Shown here: positions 38,935 to 48,265 of the stretch, in pieces
Numbering within the stretch: position 1 is the stretch's first letter
Layout of the letters: each line of letters starts with the position of its first letter
From: a virus
Strand: one strand, 5' to 3'
DNA: 64,000 nucleotides
Virus record (IMG/VR): IMGVR_UViG_3300049489_001336
Location: 1 to 64,000 of that record
Program-made: the position numbers and the translations under genes
Notes under the pieces: model-generated
Seen by the model: the letters and a program-made list of their open reading frames with translations, nothing else
Told to the model about the DNA's origin: nothing
Databases searched by the model: none

Positions 38935-39870
38935 ATGTCTTCGACCGCGTACCGCACCGAGACCGAAAAGGTTTCCGCTCAGTTCATTAACTCGAACTTT
39001 GTTCGTAAGCTTGAGCAGGGTCGAGTAAAGGAAGCTACGGAAGAGGGCTCTGCCTTTATCCGCACGAAAATGCGCCAGGAGGCGTTTGTTCGTGAGGTGC
39101 TTCCTCCGATCATGCTCGCGGACGACGAAATCGACCGCGACGAGAATACGGACCAGCCCAAGAAGATCGTCGAGAAGGAGCCTGACTCCGAGGCGACGTT
39201 CGTACCTTTCCATGGTACAGGTCCGCGCACCATTTTCCGTGGTCCCCGCTACGCGGTGTACTTCGGAAAGACCGAGTCTCAGCGCTTCCGTAAGTCGAAG
39301 TTTGAGCTGATGACCTATCAGAACGACATCCGCAAAATCCTTTCGGATAACTCCGTGAAGGACATGGCGGACCAGGAAGACCTGAAGTTCATCACCACGA
39401 TCAACACCATCCTCGCGGGTGCTGCTCCGCAGGTGAAGACGAACGCTGGCTTTACCTCGGCGGCCTTCAAGAAGGGCTTCCAGAACCTGGTCTCGCGTCG
39501 CCTGCCTATCGGCAAGGTGCTTATGACGAAGACCTGCTACTACGAGGCCCTCGACCTGCCGGCGACCTCGGTTGGTGACGACATTGCGTCGGGTCACTAC
39601 CGTGACGGTATCGAGAAGGAAGAGCGCCTTTGGGGCATTCCGGTCGTGACCACGATCAAGAATGACATCCTCACGGCCCAGGGCGGCGCCACCCACTCGG
39701 TGTATTTCTTCGCTCCGGAGAATTACCTGGGTAACTTCTTCCTTCTCCAGGATGCTACGTTGTTCATCAAGCAGGAAGCGGATATGATCTTCTTCCACAG
39801 CTACGCAGCGCCTGGCATCGGTATCGGTAACACCGCCGCGATGGCCCGCGTAGATATCACTATCGCGTGA
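38935..39870 (+). CDS. Major capsid protein (HK97 fold)
   Basis: 311 aa, strongest C/G-ending codon bias in the window, protease-scaffold-cement-capsid gene order, N-terminal EKVSA processing-like motif. Confidence 0.8.
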   Translation: MSSTAYRTETEKVSAQFINSNFVRKLEQGRVKEATEEGSAFIRTKMRQEAFVREVLPPIMLADDEIDRDENTDQPKKIVEKEPDSEATFVPFHGTGPRTIFRGPRYAVYFGKTESQRFRKSKFELMTYQNDIRKILSDNSVKDMADQEDLKFITTINTILAGAAPQVKTNAGFTSAAFKKGFQNLVSRRLPIGKVLMTKTCYYEALDLPATSVGDDIASGHYRDGIEKEERLWGIPVVTTIKNDILTAQGGATHSVYFFAPENYLGNFFLLQDATLFIKQEADMIFFHSYAAPGIGIGNTAAMARVDITIA

Positions 39871-39875
39871 GGCTC

Positions 39876-40337
39876 ATGAAACTGCATTGGCTACAACTTA
39901 ATCGTTCTGGAGTAGTGCTTGAGATTTCGCATCTCAAGGATTACGGCGGTCAACCTCTGGTGTTTCGGCCCCCGAGCTTGACTCGACGTTGTGTAACAGA
40001 TGAGGTTTTTAATAACCCGCTTGTTGCCGACTACAGAACGCAAAGGCTACTCATTGAAGTAGACAGTAGCGGTGCAGTTTCGCCTCCGCCTGCGGCTCCT
40101 ACCCCACCTAAAGCGGTAGAGCCGCCGGCAGAGCTATCGGTTGTGCAAACGACGACGGTGCCGCCCACGGTTACCGAACCTGCTTCTACGGAACCAGTTT
40201 CTGAGCCTGCTGTTGAGGAACCTAAGGCCAATGCAGCAGAGCCTACGTCTTCTGAGCCTACTCCGGACTCCTCCGTGTCCAACGATGAGGCTGCTCCCAA
40301 AAGTGGGTTCGAGCTCAAGCGTCGCAACAAGCGCTAA
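39876..40337 (+). CDS. Hypothetical protein with Pro/Glu-rich tail
   Basis: Follows the capsid gene, with a GAGG RBS. Confidence 0.6.
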   Translation: MKLHWLQLNRSGVVLEISHLKDYGGQPLVFRPPSLTRRCVTDEVFNNPLVADYRTQRLLIEVDSSGAVSPPPAAPTPPKAVEPPAELSVVQTTTVPPTVTEPASTEPVSEPAVEEPKANAAEPTSSEPTPDSSVSNDEAAPKSGFELKRRNKR

Positions 40338-40378
40338 CACAACCTCTAGTTCTTGAGAGGAGCGCGCACATCTTAGAT

Positions 40379-40960
40379 GTGACGCGCTTTTTCTTTATGG
40401 GCACACAAACAATCAAATGGTTTCCAGCAACGTCTCCCAACGTTATCGCTTATGAAGTATTAAAAAGCGATACAGGTATCGACGGTCCCTACACGTTGCT
40501 GACACAGGTATTGCACCAAATTCCTGGCGTAAATTGGGACAACACAGGTAGTTATTTCTTCTTTAATGATGAAGAAATAAGTTACCGCTACTACCGCTTA
40601 CGCGTTTTAGACCGCTACGGCAACGTAGCTGAAGACGAAGCGCCAACGCCGTTCAAAGCAGGAAATGACCCTGTCATTGCCCCTACGCTTTACGTAGTAG
40701 CGCTGACCGAAAATACGGGGGGCGCCAACGCACTTCAGTACATCACGAACGGAGGTACTCCTGTTGCAGGGGCTGCGATTCGCGTGTACCGAAAAATAGA
40801 TTACGACACAAATAACCTTAGCCGCGTAGTGGGCACGTCAGTCACCACTGCCACCGGCGGTTGGGCGGTTCCTGTATTTGTTGAGCCTGGAGACACTTAC
40901 ACGATCGTTTATCATAAGGTAAACGAGTACGGACCTGATAAAACCGAAGTCACGGTGTGA
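40379..40960 (+). CDS. Putative Ig/FnIII-like virion protein
   Basis: TIKW......VIAYEVLKS...GPYTLL...YRYYRLRVLD.YGN pattern. Confidence 0.5.
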   Translation: MTRFFFMGTQTIKWFPATSPNVIAYEVLKSDTGIDGPYTLLTQVLHQIPGVNWDNTGSYFFFNDEEISYRYYRLRVLDRYGNVAEDEAPTPFKAGNDPVIAPTLYVVALTENTGGANALQYITNGGTPVAGAAIRVYRKIDYDTNNLSRVVGTSVTTATGGWAVPVFVEPGDTYTIVYHKVNEYGPDKTEVTV

Positions 40961-40966
40961 GGTTCC

Positions 40967-41446
40967 ATGCCTATCGTAGCGACTCCTACCACTCCTGTTA
41001 TTTTGACCGTTGATCAAATTCGACGGTTTATGCGGGACTATCCAAATCAAAACATTTTACTGGATGCAGTCGAGTACTCTCAGGACGACGTAAATCAGGG
41101 CGTTGAAATGGTTACCTCGCGTTATAACGCGATTACGCCCCAAACTAATCTGATAGCGTCCTCCTGGCCTTCTCACCTTCAATACATTCTTCTACTCGGT
41201 GTCGCGGCGTATTTGCTTAAAAGCAACGCAATTCTTCAATTAAGAAATCAAGCCACTTACCAAGACGGCGACGTCGCTCCCATCGGTATCGATGACAAGT
41301 ACGCGCAGCATTTACAGCTTGCGCAAGTGCTTGATGCAGAGTGGCTCGACATGGTTACAAAAATCAAAATTCAAAATAACCTTGAAGAAGGTTATGGCAG
41401 CCTGAGTTCAGGCTACGTTAACGTCAGTCGTTACCACCACCGGTGA
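40967..41446 (+). CDS. Putative head-tail adaptor
   Basis: ~160-aa helical protein in the usual position after the capsid gene. Confidence 0.5.
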   Translation: MPIVATPTTPVILTVDQIRRFMRDYPNQNILLDAVEYSQDDVNQGVEMVTSRYNAITPQTNLIASSWPSHLQYILLLGVAAYLLKSNAILQLRNQATYQDGDVAPIGIDDKYAQHLQLAQVLDAEWLDMVTKIKIQNNLEEGYGSLSSGYVNVSRYHHR

Positions 41447-41450
41447 ACCC

Positions 41451-42074
41451 ATGTACTACGAATACGGACAGCGCGCAGCCTTACAAAAGCTTGGCATGGG
41501 TGCCGCACCTATCCCTTACGCAGGTGCGTCTACACCGACTAACGACATGTTCTCCGCAAACAAACGGCAGGACATTTGGAGCGAAGTGGACAGCACGCCT
41601 ATCGCAATGAGTGGCGAAGAGTCTGCACAAGGAATGCCGAGTGCTCCAAAAAGCGCGAGCTACACAGGCGTAGTCGCTCAGGGCAGTGGCGACGGATTTC
41701 GCGGAGATCCTGAACGTAAAAACAAGTTTGAAGATGGGGTGCGGCGAGCGTTTCAAAGCAACGCCGATATCGATAACAGCACCACCTCTGAACCCGGATT
41801 TGCGTCTCCTAAATTAGCCAATAGCTTTTTCAACATCGGCAAAGGCCTACGTCCGAGCAGCTTAGGTCCGCGCAGTACTTCTTCATTAATGGGTAAGACG
41901 TCACCCAGCATGCCAAAACCTGGCGGCAATTTAAATGCGTCTTTGAACCCCATGAAGTCCCCGGTGATTAAACCCCCGACACCCATGCAGCCTAATTTAG
42001 CGCGGGGAGCTCACATGTCCCTTATGGGATCAAGCGTCAACTCTCCAATGCATCGGTTTACGAGTCCTTTATGA
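41451..42074 (+). CDS. Low-complexity protein with Y-x-x-G-x3-AL-x-KLG N-terminus
   Basis: MYYEYGQRAALQKLGM; PKSAS and PKLAN motifs. Confidence 0.6.
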   Translation: MYYEYGQRAALQKLGMGAAPIPYAGASTPTNDMFSANKRQDIWSEVDSTPIAMSGEESAQGMPSAPKSASYTGVVAQGSGDGFRGDPERKNKFEDGVRRAFQSNADIDNSTTSEPGFASPKLANSFFNIGKGLRPSSLGPRSTSSLMGKTSPSMPKPGGNLNASLNPMKSPVIKPPTPMQPNLARGAHMSLMGSSVNSPMHRFTSPL

Positions 42075-43453
42075 GCTTCGCTTATTACTGTAAGTACGCG
42101 ATGAGCACGCAATTTCAAACCATGGTTAGTGCCACTGGTGAGGATGGGCGCGTGCATTCTCGCACTACAGATAATCCTCGTAATCAGGTATCCAGCGCTT
42201 TTGAACAACAAGCGCTACAAATGGCGAATGAGCCTAGTGAGTCCAATCAATTTTCTGTGGGATCAGATCAAAGTAAAACTGCCATTGATTTAGAGACACT
42301 GAAACAACACAGTAAAACACCTGTGCGCGTAGACTCTCGTGCAGATTTTACAGGTGGCGGTTTTTACCATCCTAAAGAGGATTTTATAGGGATCAGCGAA
42401 GGCGTCGACCCTAACATTTTGGCACATGAAATAGGCCACACTAAATTCCAAAACAGTCTCCTAGGAAAAATTACACAGAGTGCCCCCGCACGTCTGATGC
42501 ATAACTTATCCCCTCTTGGGATGTTAGCTTTGGGTGGTAAACTGCAGGGTGATTTCAAAAAGCGTTTATTAAAATCGATGGGACTAAGCTTTGGAATGAG
42601 TGCCCCTACCCTGATTTCCGAAGGCGGGGCCGACTATCACGGCTATCAGACCTTAAAAGAATTAGGCGCGGACGACGCTCGATTAAAAGAATTTAGAAAT
42701 AAAATGATACTACCGGCTGCATCGTATTTAGCAGCCCCTATTGCAAATACTGCATTTGGCATGCATCTTAGTCGCCCCACGAAACCTGCGAATACTAAGA
42801 CGGCAGGCCGTGCCCTGGCACGCACCCTGAAATTCCGTGATCTCGACGTTTCAATCGAGACCGATAAAGGCAGCTACCGCCGTTGGTATGACCCGCATAC
42901 CAAGCAAGAAGGCAAAACACTAATGCAGTACCCGTACGGGTATATCCGCCGTACGCAAGGCATGGACGGCGATCACATCGATTGTTTTGTTGGACCCAAC
43001 GAAAAGTCTGACAAGATATTTGTTATTTTAACGAATAAAGCACCTAATTTTGACAGAATCGATGAAGAAAAGTGCATGTTAGGTTTTGACTCGGCCGAAC
43101 AAGCCAAGAAGGTATTCTTGGACCATTATTCGGACCGCAAATTCTTTAATTCCATGAAGATCATGTCTTACAACGACTTCAAGGACAAAGCGTTAGCAAC
43201 GCTTAATGGCGGTGTAAAGAAACTCAGCGCTGCGCAAGACGCGTCTTCGCTAGCTGGATTTGACAGTCAAAATTCAGACTTTTTAGAGACACCTAGGGGC
43301 CGGGCTTTTATTGCATGGAACGGGTTTCAACCGGGTACTTTTATGAGTCCGTCAACGCGTGTTGACCGGATGTTCCGTGCGCATGACAATGCGCCTTCTA
43401 CGGATGCTGTAGAAGGTAACACCAACGCACATCCTGCAGAGCCGAGTCTCTAA
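42071..43453 (+). CDS. Multidomain 'polyvalent' protein: HExxH metallopeptidase plus InPase-like domain
   Basis: LAHEIGH...SEGGADYHG zincin motif, and SIETDKG..R...GKTLMQYPYGYIRRTQGMDGDHIDCFVGP...DEEKCMLGF, matching the InPase domain of phage polyvalent proteins. Confidence 0.7.
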   Translation: MSFAYYCKYAMSTQFQTMVSATGEDGRVHSRTTDNPRNQVSSAFEQQALQMANEPSESNQFSVGSDQSKTAIDLETLKQHSKTPVRVDSRADFTGGGFYHPKEDFIGISEGVDPNILAHEIGHTKFQNSLLGKITQSAPARLMHNLSPLGMLALGGKLQGDFKKRLLKSMGLSFGMSAPTLISEGGADYHGYQTLKELGADDARLKEFRNKMILPAASYLAAPIANTAFGMHLSRPTKPANTKTAGRALARTLKFRDLDVSIETDKGSYRRWYDPHTKQEGKTLMQYPYGYIRRTQGMDGDHIDCFVGPNEKSDKIFVILTNKAPNFDRIDEEKCMLGFDSAEQAKKVFLDHYSDRKFFNSMKIMSYNDFKDKALATLNGGVKKLSAAQDASSLAGFDSQNSDFLETPRGRAFIAWNGFQPGTFMSPSTRVDRMFRAHDNAPSTDAVEGNTNAHPAEPSL

Positions 43454-44283
43454 TGCAAATCACCCTTACAAAAACGACGCCAATCTACAGGTCTCCTGCA
43501 GACATGGGCGTATTTTTGCAGTGGGTAGTTACCAACGCACCCTCTGCGGATTTATCATTTAAGGTAGAACGTGCAGGAAGTCCTGAAGGCCCTTTTGAGC
43601 TTGTCTTAGACAAAGTAAAAGGATTCCATTTCATGGATTCTTTCAGACATACACCAACACCTGGCGTTGGTGAGACCAGAGAGAATCTCAACTTTTTATC
43701 CTTGACGCGCGAAGTTTATTACCGCGTAACTGCCTACGCGGGTTCTGATGAAGCTTCAGTAGTAGATGAAGTCGGTAATAAATTACCGAAACGCCAAGCT
43801 TTATTATTGCGTAAAATACAAAGAGACTTGGGTCTTTCGTTTAAGTTCAACGGTACCGACCTTGCAGTGGTAAAGAGAAAACACTGGGGTATTCGCTGTA
43901 CCAAATGTTTTGATAAACTCACGAAAAAAGTAACGAATAGTAAGTGCCCTGTTTGTTACGGGACAGGTATTGTAGACGGTTACTGGAACCCTGTGCGTAT
44001 CAAAGCTCGGCTTGGTGCGCCTAGCTCTGATACACAAACAACCCCACAAGGTAAATCCGACATAACACAATTACGGGTTACATGTTTGCCGTATCCGAAT
44101 ATTGAGCCTGACGATATCCTTGTCGATATCGCGCTTAACCAGCGGTTCATCGTAAAGAATCAGGCACAGACTGAGATAAAGCGAGAAACGGCGCACCAAA
44201 TACTCGTTATATCCGAGTTAAGCCGTGACTCTATCGAATATCAAATACCCGTCAACAAAGACCACAGTCCGGTGATTTACTAA
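43453..44283 (+). CDS. Putative neck/head-closure protein with Zn finger
   Basis: WGIRCTKC...KCPVCYGTG..DGY motif; position between adaptor and tail-completion genes. Confidence 0.55.
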   Translation: MQITLTKTTPIYRSPADMGVFLQWVVTNAPSADLSFKVERAGSPEGPFELVLDKVKGFHFMDSFRHTPTPGVGETRENLNFLSLTREVYYRVTAYAGSDEASVVDEVGNKLPKRQALLLRKIQRDLGLSFKFNGTDLAVVKRKHWGIRCTKCFDKLTKKVTNSKCPVCYGTGIVDGYWNPVRIKARLGAPSSDTQTTPQGKSDITQLRVTCLPYPNIEPDDILVDIALNQRFIVKNQAQTEIKRETAHQILVISELSRDSIEYQIPVNKDHSPVIY

Positions 44284-44960
44284 TGGCTGGTCATGAAACC
44301 CGTGCAGTGCGCCCTAAAGGGGAACAAGACAAGCTGCGTATTGCAGCGGGGTCTCCGTTGGCTATTCAGGGTCTGTTTTTAGAAATTATTCGAGAACGAT
44401 TTAACGCAAATGCGAGATTGGACTGGGTGTGGGACGCAGACCCGACACTTACTAAGATTTTAATTGAGACCAGTTACAACGAACACACAGAAGCGCGTGA
44501 CGTATCTCCGGCAGTCTATGTAACCCGACTACAGTCCGCGCCGGTTAAAATGGCGGTAGGTGATCGTGCAGGTGTGCACCTTCCAGATCACAAGGAAGGT
44601 TTTAAAGCCCTCATGGACATCGCCATGGTGGTTGAGTGCATGAGCAACGACGAAGGTGAGAGCGCGATTGTCGGGGATATCGTGCAGTTCATGCTTCTCG
44701 CATCTCAAGACATTATTCAACGTGAATTCGGATTCCACGATTTTACACACCCAATACTTGGCCAAACACAGCCCGTTGAACGCGGGCAACTAAAATGGTC
44801 AACTCCGATCAACTTCAATGTTCAGTTTTGGCTTCACTGGAGCAGTGTGCCGATAGCGCCACTGCTACAACAGTTAGTGCAGAAAATCACCACAAAAGGC
44901 AGTGACCTATTCAAAGAGAGTGTACTAAACTCTATGCGTAGGGGCTCTTCCTCGGAGTAA
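44283..44960 (+). CDS. Putative tail completion/terminator protein (paralog 1)
   Basis: Position in the neck module; strongly similar to the N-terminal ~225 aa of the next ORF. Confidence 0.5.
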   Translation: MAGHETRAVRPKGEQDKLRIAAGSPLAIQGLFLEIIRERFNANARLDWVWDADPTLTKILIETSYNEHTEARDVSPAVYVTRLQSAPVKMAVGDRAGVHLPDHKEGFKALMDIAMVVECMSNDEGESAIVGDIVQFMLLASQDIIQREFGFHDFTHPILGQTQPVERGQLKWSTPINFNVQFWLHWSSVPIAPLLQQLVQKITTKGSDLFKESVLNSMRRGSSSE

Positions 44961-44961
44961 C

Positions 44962-46026
44962 GTGCCTAAGCCAAAAAACACCTTGGTTCGTCCGAAGCAA
45001 TTCGTGCAGGACCCTTTGAAAATCGCGGCGGGCTCCCCGCTAGCGATACAAGGTGTTTTTCTGGAAATTTTGCGTGAAAGATTCCGTGAGGATTCGGGTC
45101 TTGGTATTGTTTGGCGTCCCGATATTACACAAACAGACCTCCTCATTGAGACGGGCTTCAACGAAGAGCTCGAAAGCCGTAATAAGGTTCCTGCAATTTA
45201 CGTAAATAGATTGCAAACAGTTCCCGGCAAAATGATTGTCGGTGATCGCGTTGGCGTCCATTTACCGGACCATAAAGAAGCATTTGGCGCATTAAATACC
45301 GTCGTTATTTCTATTGAATGTGTATCCAATGACGAGGGCGAAAGCGCCATTTTAGGCGATATCGTCCAATATATGCTGTTGGCTTCTCAAGACATTATCC
45401 AAAGTGAGTTTGGATTCAATGATATGTCGCATCCGTCGTTAGGGCAGACAGCGCCTTACGAACGGGATCAAACAAAATGGGCAACGACAATCGATTTCCA
45501 GGTACAATTCTGGATTCGGTGGAGTCAGGTACCCATCGCTCCTTTGTTGCAGCAAATTGCACAACGCATCTCGCACAAAGGTGTGGACGCGGGCGGACAT
45601 TTTGTAGACATAGCTATCAATTCTTTAAAGCGTGGCGAGGTACTAGACCCAAGTACGATTACTCCGGGCACGGAACCCCCGCCTAGTCGTGTAAGTATCG
45701 TTGGACCGCAAGGGCCTCAGGGCCCGCAAGGAATTCCTGGCCCTGCAGGGCCCCCCGGTCAAACGGTCTATTTAAAAACAGAAACTACGACACTTACAGG
45801 CACAATAAACGGTGTCAACAGTACGTTTGTAAGCCCCGTCCCATTTATCCATAATTTACAAATCAAAGAACGAGTTTATCTAAACGGCATACGGCTGCGA
45901 GAAGGCGCAGGCAATGATTATACAGTCGCGCAAAGTGTCCCCTTGGGGGGTTACGACACTATCGTATTCGCAGTCGCCCCACGGCCTGGGGATTTAGTCG
46001 AACTCGAATACTATGAGGATACGTAA
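44962..46026 (+). CDS. Paralog 2 with collagen-like linker and C-terminal fibre/Ig-like domain
   Basis: Shares AAGSPLAIQG.FLEI.RERF and SNDEGESAI.GDIVQ.MLLASQDIIQ with paralog 1; (G-X-Y)6 at 45703-45759. Confidence 0.6.
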   Translation: MPKPKNTLVRPKQFVQDPLKIAAGSPLAIQGVFLEILRERFREDSGLGIVWRPDITQTDLLIETGFNEELESRNKVPAIYVNRLQTVPGKMIVGDRVGVHLPDHKEAFGALNTVVISIECVSNDEGESAILGDIVQYMLLASQDIIQSEFGFNDMSHPSLGQTAPYERDQTKWATTIDFQVQFWIRWSQVPIAPLLQQIAQRISHKGVDAGGHFVDIAINSLKRGEVLDPSTITPGTEPPPSRVSIVGPQGPQGPQGIPGPAGPPGQTVYLKTETTTLTGTINGVNSTFVSPVPFIHNLQIKERVYLNGIRLREGAGNDYTVAQSVPLGGYDTIVFAVAPRPGDLVELEYYEDT

Positions 46027-46062
46027 GTAATTGTATTCCTAACATATATTACGCCACTGTAA

Positions 46063-46110
46063 TTGTTAAACTGAGACAGGGCTCCTATCATTCAACTGAC
46101 AAGGAGCCCT
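46063..46110 (+). promoter_or_regulatory. Promoter plus SD-sequestering hairpin
   Basis: TTGTTA-N17-TATCAT. AGGGCTCCT (46078-46086) is the perfect reverse complement of AGGAGCCCT (46102-46110), which contains the SD. Confidence 0.6.
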
Positions 46111-46114
46111 CGCG

Positions 46115-47668
46115 ATGGCTAGAACTTTAATTCGTCAAGAGACTCAGATCCGCAACAGCGAGAATTACACCGACAACCTCGCGGCGGGCAGTACCCTCGA
46201 ATCCGGCGCCGTTAGCATCGAAGACGACCTTAACGGGTTGCGCTCGCAGATTGCGCGCATCCTTAATGACGCCGGGGGCAATAATTGGTATGATGATATT
46301 TCTACGGTAAATGGCAAAAAGCGCAGCCTTTTTGACCTTAATACCGACCTCAATGATATTGAGGAAAAGAAGGTTCTTGGGCGCGCGCAGATCTTAACTG
46401 ACGTTACGGTTACAGCTGCGCAAAACTGGGAAATCCTCTCTGTATCCGGGTCTGAAGCACCTACCCTCGTAGCCGCCGTGGCTACCACCCAAAACGGTGC
46501 AGTAGTCGCGCAATCGGCGCTTCAAGACGCTGCCTTCAACGTACACGAATTGATCGAAATCGCGGGTGCTAACGCAATTAGCCCTAAGAACCTAGTTGTC
46601 GTTCGTGACGCGACTACAGGTCAACCCATCCAATCGTCGGGTCGAGATGTATTCGGCCTTCTTCAGTACGAAGCTACCGGTGTTGACGGCGCGGCCTTTA
46701 ACGATACCGCTGAGGGTAATCGCGTAAAAATCAGCTTCGTACGTATGAATGCAGGCCTTGATGACCTTGAAGCGTGCCCCGTCGGCGATATTGCGGGTAA
46801 AACGATTAATTACAATTACGTCCTGCGTACAAACCTCGATGCGATTACCGAGGAGGCGTTCCTCAGTAACCTCATCTTTACAGATCTCACCGCTGCCGTT
46901 GACGTCACGCTCGACAACGCTATCGACAACCAAGGGTCCACGCCCGCGACGTCGACTACGAACATCCGCATCCAGTTAACGGATGGCACGTCTTGGCAAT
47001 TTGAAGACCCAAGCGGCGCTACGGACATTGTTCGTATTGAAGCCAGCGGAGGTGGGGATAGCTTCCAATTCAACGGCACAACCTTTGACATCAACAATTC
47101 GTCGGATGCCGATTTCCTCAACGGCGCCATCTTTGATTCTGGCGGCACGCCTGTTCGCGTTGGCGTCACTGCAGGTTATATCGACACCGCTTCTGCAGAC
47201 CTGGGTATTCGCGCTGGCGGCGAATTGTACCTTGATGACAGTAATCAAACAGGGTCTACATGGTCTCAGACAGCAGGTATTAAGCTCTCTGAAACCACTG
47301 CTGAATGGGATCAATTCGAGACCAAATTCGGCGAAGTGTCGTTGCTTCAAGCCATTTATACGGCAGCGACAACAGGTGCACGCGGTACCAAGGTTTACGC
47401 GAACGTAACAGCCAACGTCGCAGAAGACGTAGATGTCGGCGGCGTTGCAGGCGGCGCCAACCTGGATGCACAGCTTCCAGACATGAGCACAGGCACATTC
47501 ACCGCTGACTACGACGTATACGTGAACGGTGAGTTGCAGCGCCCTGGCGCCAACGCAGGCGCGAACAACGACTACTACCCCGGCACCAGCCTCGCGAATG
47601 GTCAATTAAAGTTTGAGTACAAGCTCCGGATTGGTGACGTGGTTTGCGTCGTACCGTATAGTGCCTGA
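46115..47668 (+). CDS. Virion structural protein (fibre/appendage-like)
   Basis: Acidic, beta-rich, strong codon bias. Its C-terminal VYVNG.L..PG...NDY...GD.V domain resembles the C-terminus of ORF 44962. Confidence 0.55.
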   Translation: MARTLIRQETQIRNSENYTDNLAAGSTLESGAVSIEDDLNGLRSQIARILNDAGGNNWYDDISTVNGKKRSLFDLNTDLNDIEEKKVLGRAQILTDVTVTAAQNWEILSVSGSEAPTLVAAVATTQNGAVVAQSALQDAAFNVHELIEIAGANAISPKNLVVVRDATTGQPIQSSGRDVFGLLQYEATGVDGAAFNDTAEGNRVKISFVRMNAGLDDLEACPVGDIAGKTINYNYVLRTNLDAITEEAFLSNLIFTDLTAAVDVTLDNAIDNQGSTPATSTTNIRIQLTDGTSWQFEDPSGATDIVRIEASGGGDSFQFNGTTFDINNSSDADFLNGAIFDSGGTPVRVGVTAGYIDTASADLGIRAGGELYLDDSNQTGSTWSQTAGIKLSETTAEWDQFETKFGEVSLLQAIYTAATTGARGTKVYANVTANVAEDVDVGGVAGGANLDAQLPDMSTGTFTADYDVYVNGELQRPGANAGANNDYYPGTSLANGQLKFEYKLRIGDVVCVVPYSA

Positions 47669-47680
47669 TAGAGGTGACTA

Positions 47681-48262
47681 ATGACGGTAGAGAAATCAGT
47701 TCTTCGCGCGCAGTTGTTTGAAGAAGTGGGTTCAAGTATTAGAAGTACATTAGATGCGTATCAGCGGGAACTGAAAGAGCACGAGGGGGCCCTCAACGGA
47801 CTTCATAACGCCGTTCAAAGCGTTGAGGGCCTCCTCGCACACATTTCAAAAGATATCGATGAAAATAAGCTCGATATCGAGGTTGCAAAAATTGTAAAAC
47901 TTTGGATGCAGCGTGCCGTTACTGTTGTCGGCAATTTAAAACAAGCCTCCGCAAACCGTATTCTCATTTCTAAAGGTAAAATCGAAGCTGTTGAAAAACA
48001 GCTCGATACCATTAAAAAGGCCTTTGATGTAGAAAAAGGCCGTCTTCGCCTTTATACGCAACAGCCGGACAGTCCCGTAGTTACAGCCGATAATGTCGTT
48101 GACATAACTTCTGCGGAACGTGAAGCGCCTCGTTCGCTTAAAGAGCGGCGCATACAGGAAGAGATCTCGCAAAAGGACGTGCCTGCGGTGCCTACCGCGC
48201 CACCAGCCAACGCTCCTATTCAACTTAAACGCCGTGGACGTAAACCCAAAAACGCGAGTTAA
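47681..48262 (+). CDS. Coiled-coil protein with basic AT-hook-like C-terminus
   Basis: Heptad-like helices; ends in KRRGRKPK. Confidence 0.6.
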   Translation: MTVEKSVLRAQLFEEVGSSIRSTLDAYQRELKEHEGALNGLHNAVQSVEGLLAHISKDIDENKLDIEVAKIVKLWMQRAVTVVGNLKQASANRILISKGKIEAVEKQLDTIKKAFDVEKGRLRLYTQQPDSPVVTADNVVDITSAEREAPRSLKERRIQEEISQKDVPAVPTAPPANAPIQLKRRGRKPKNAS

Positions 48263-48265
48263 CGC

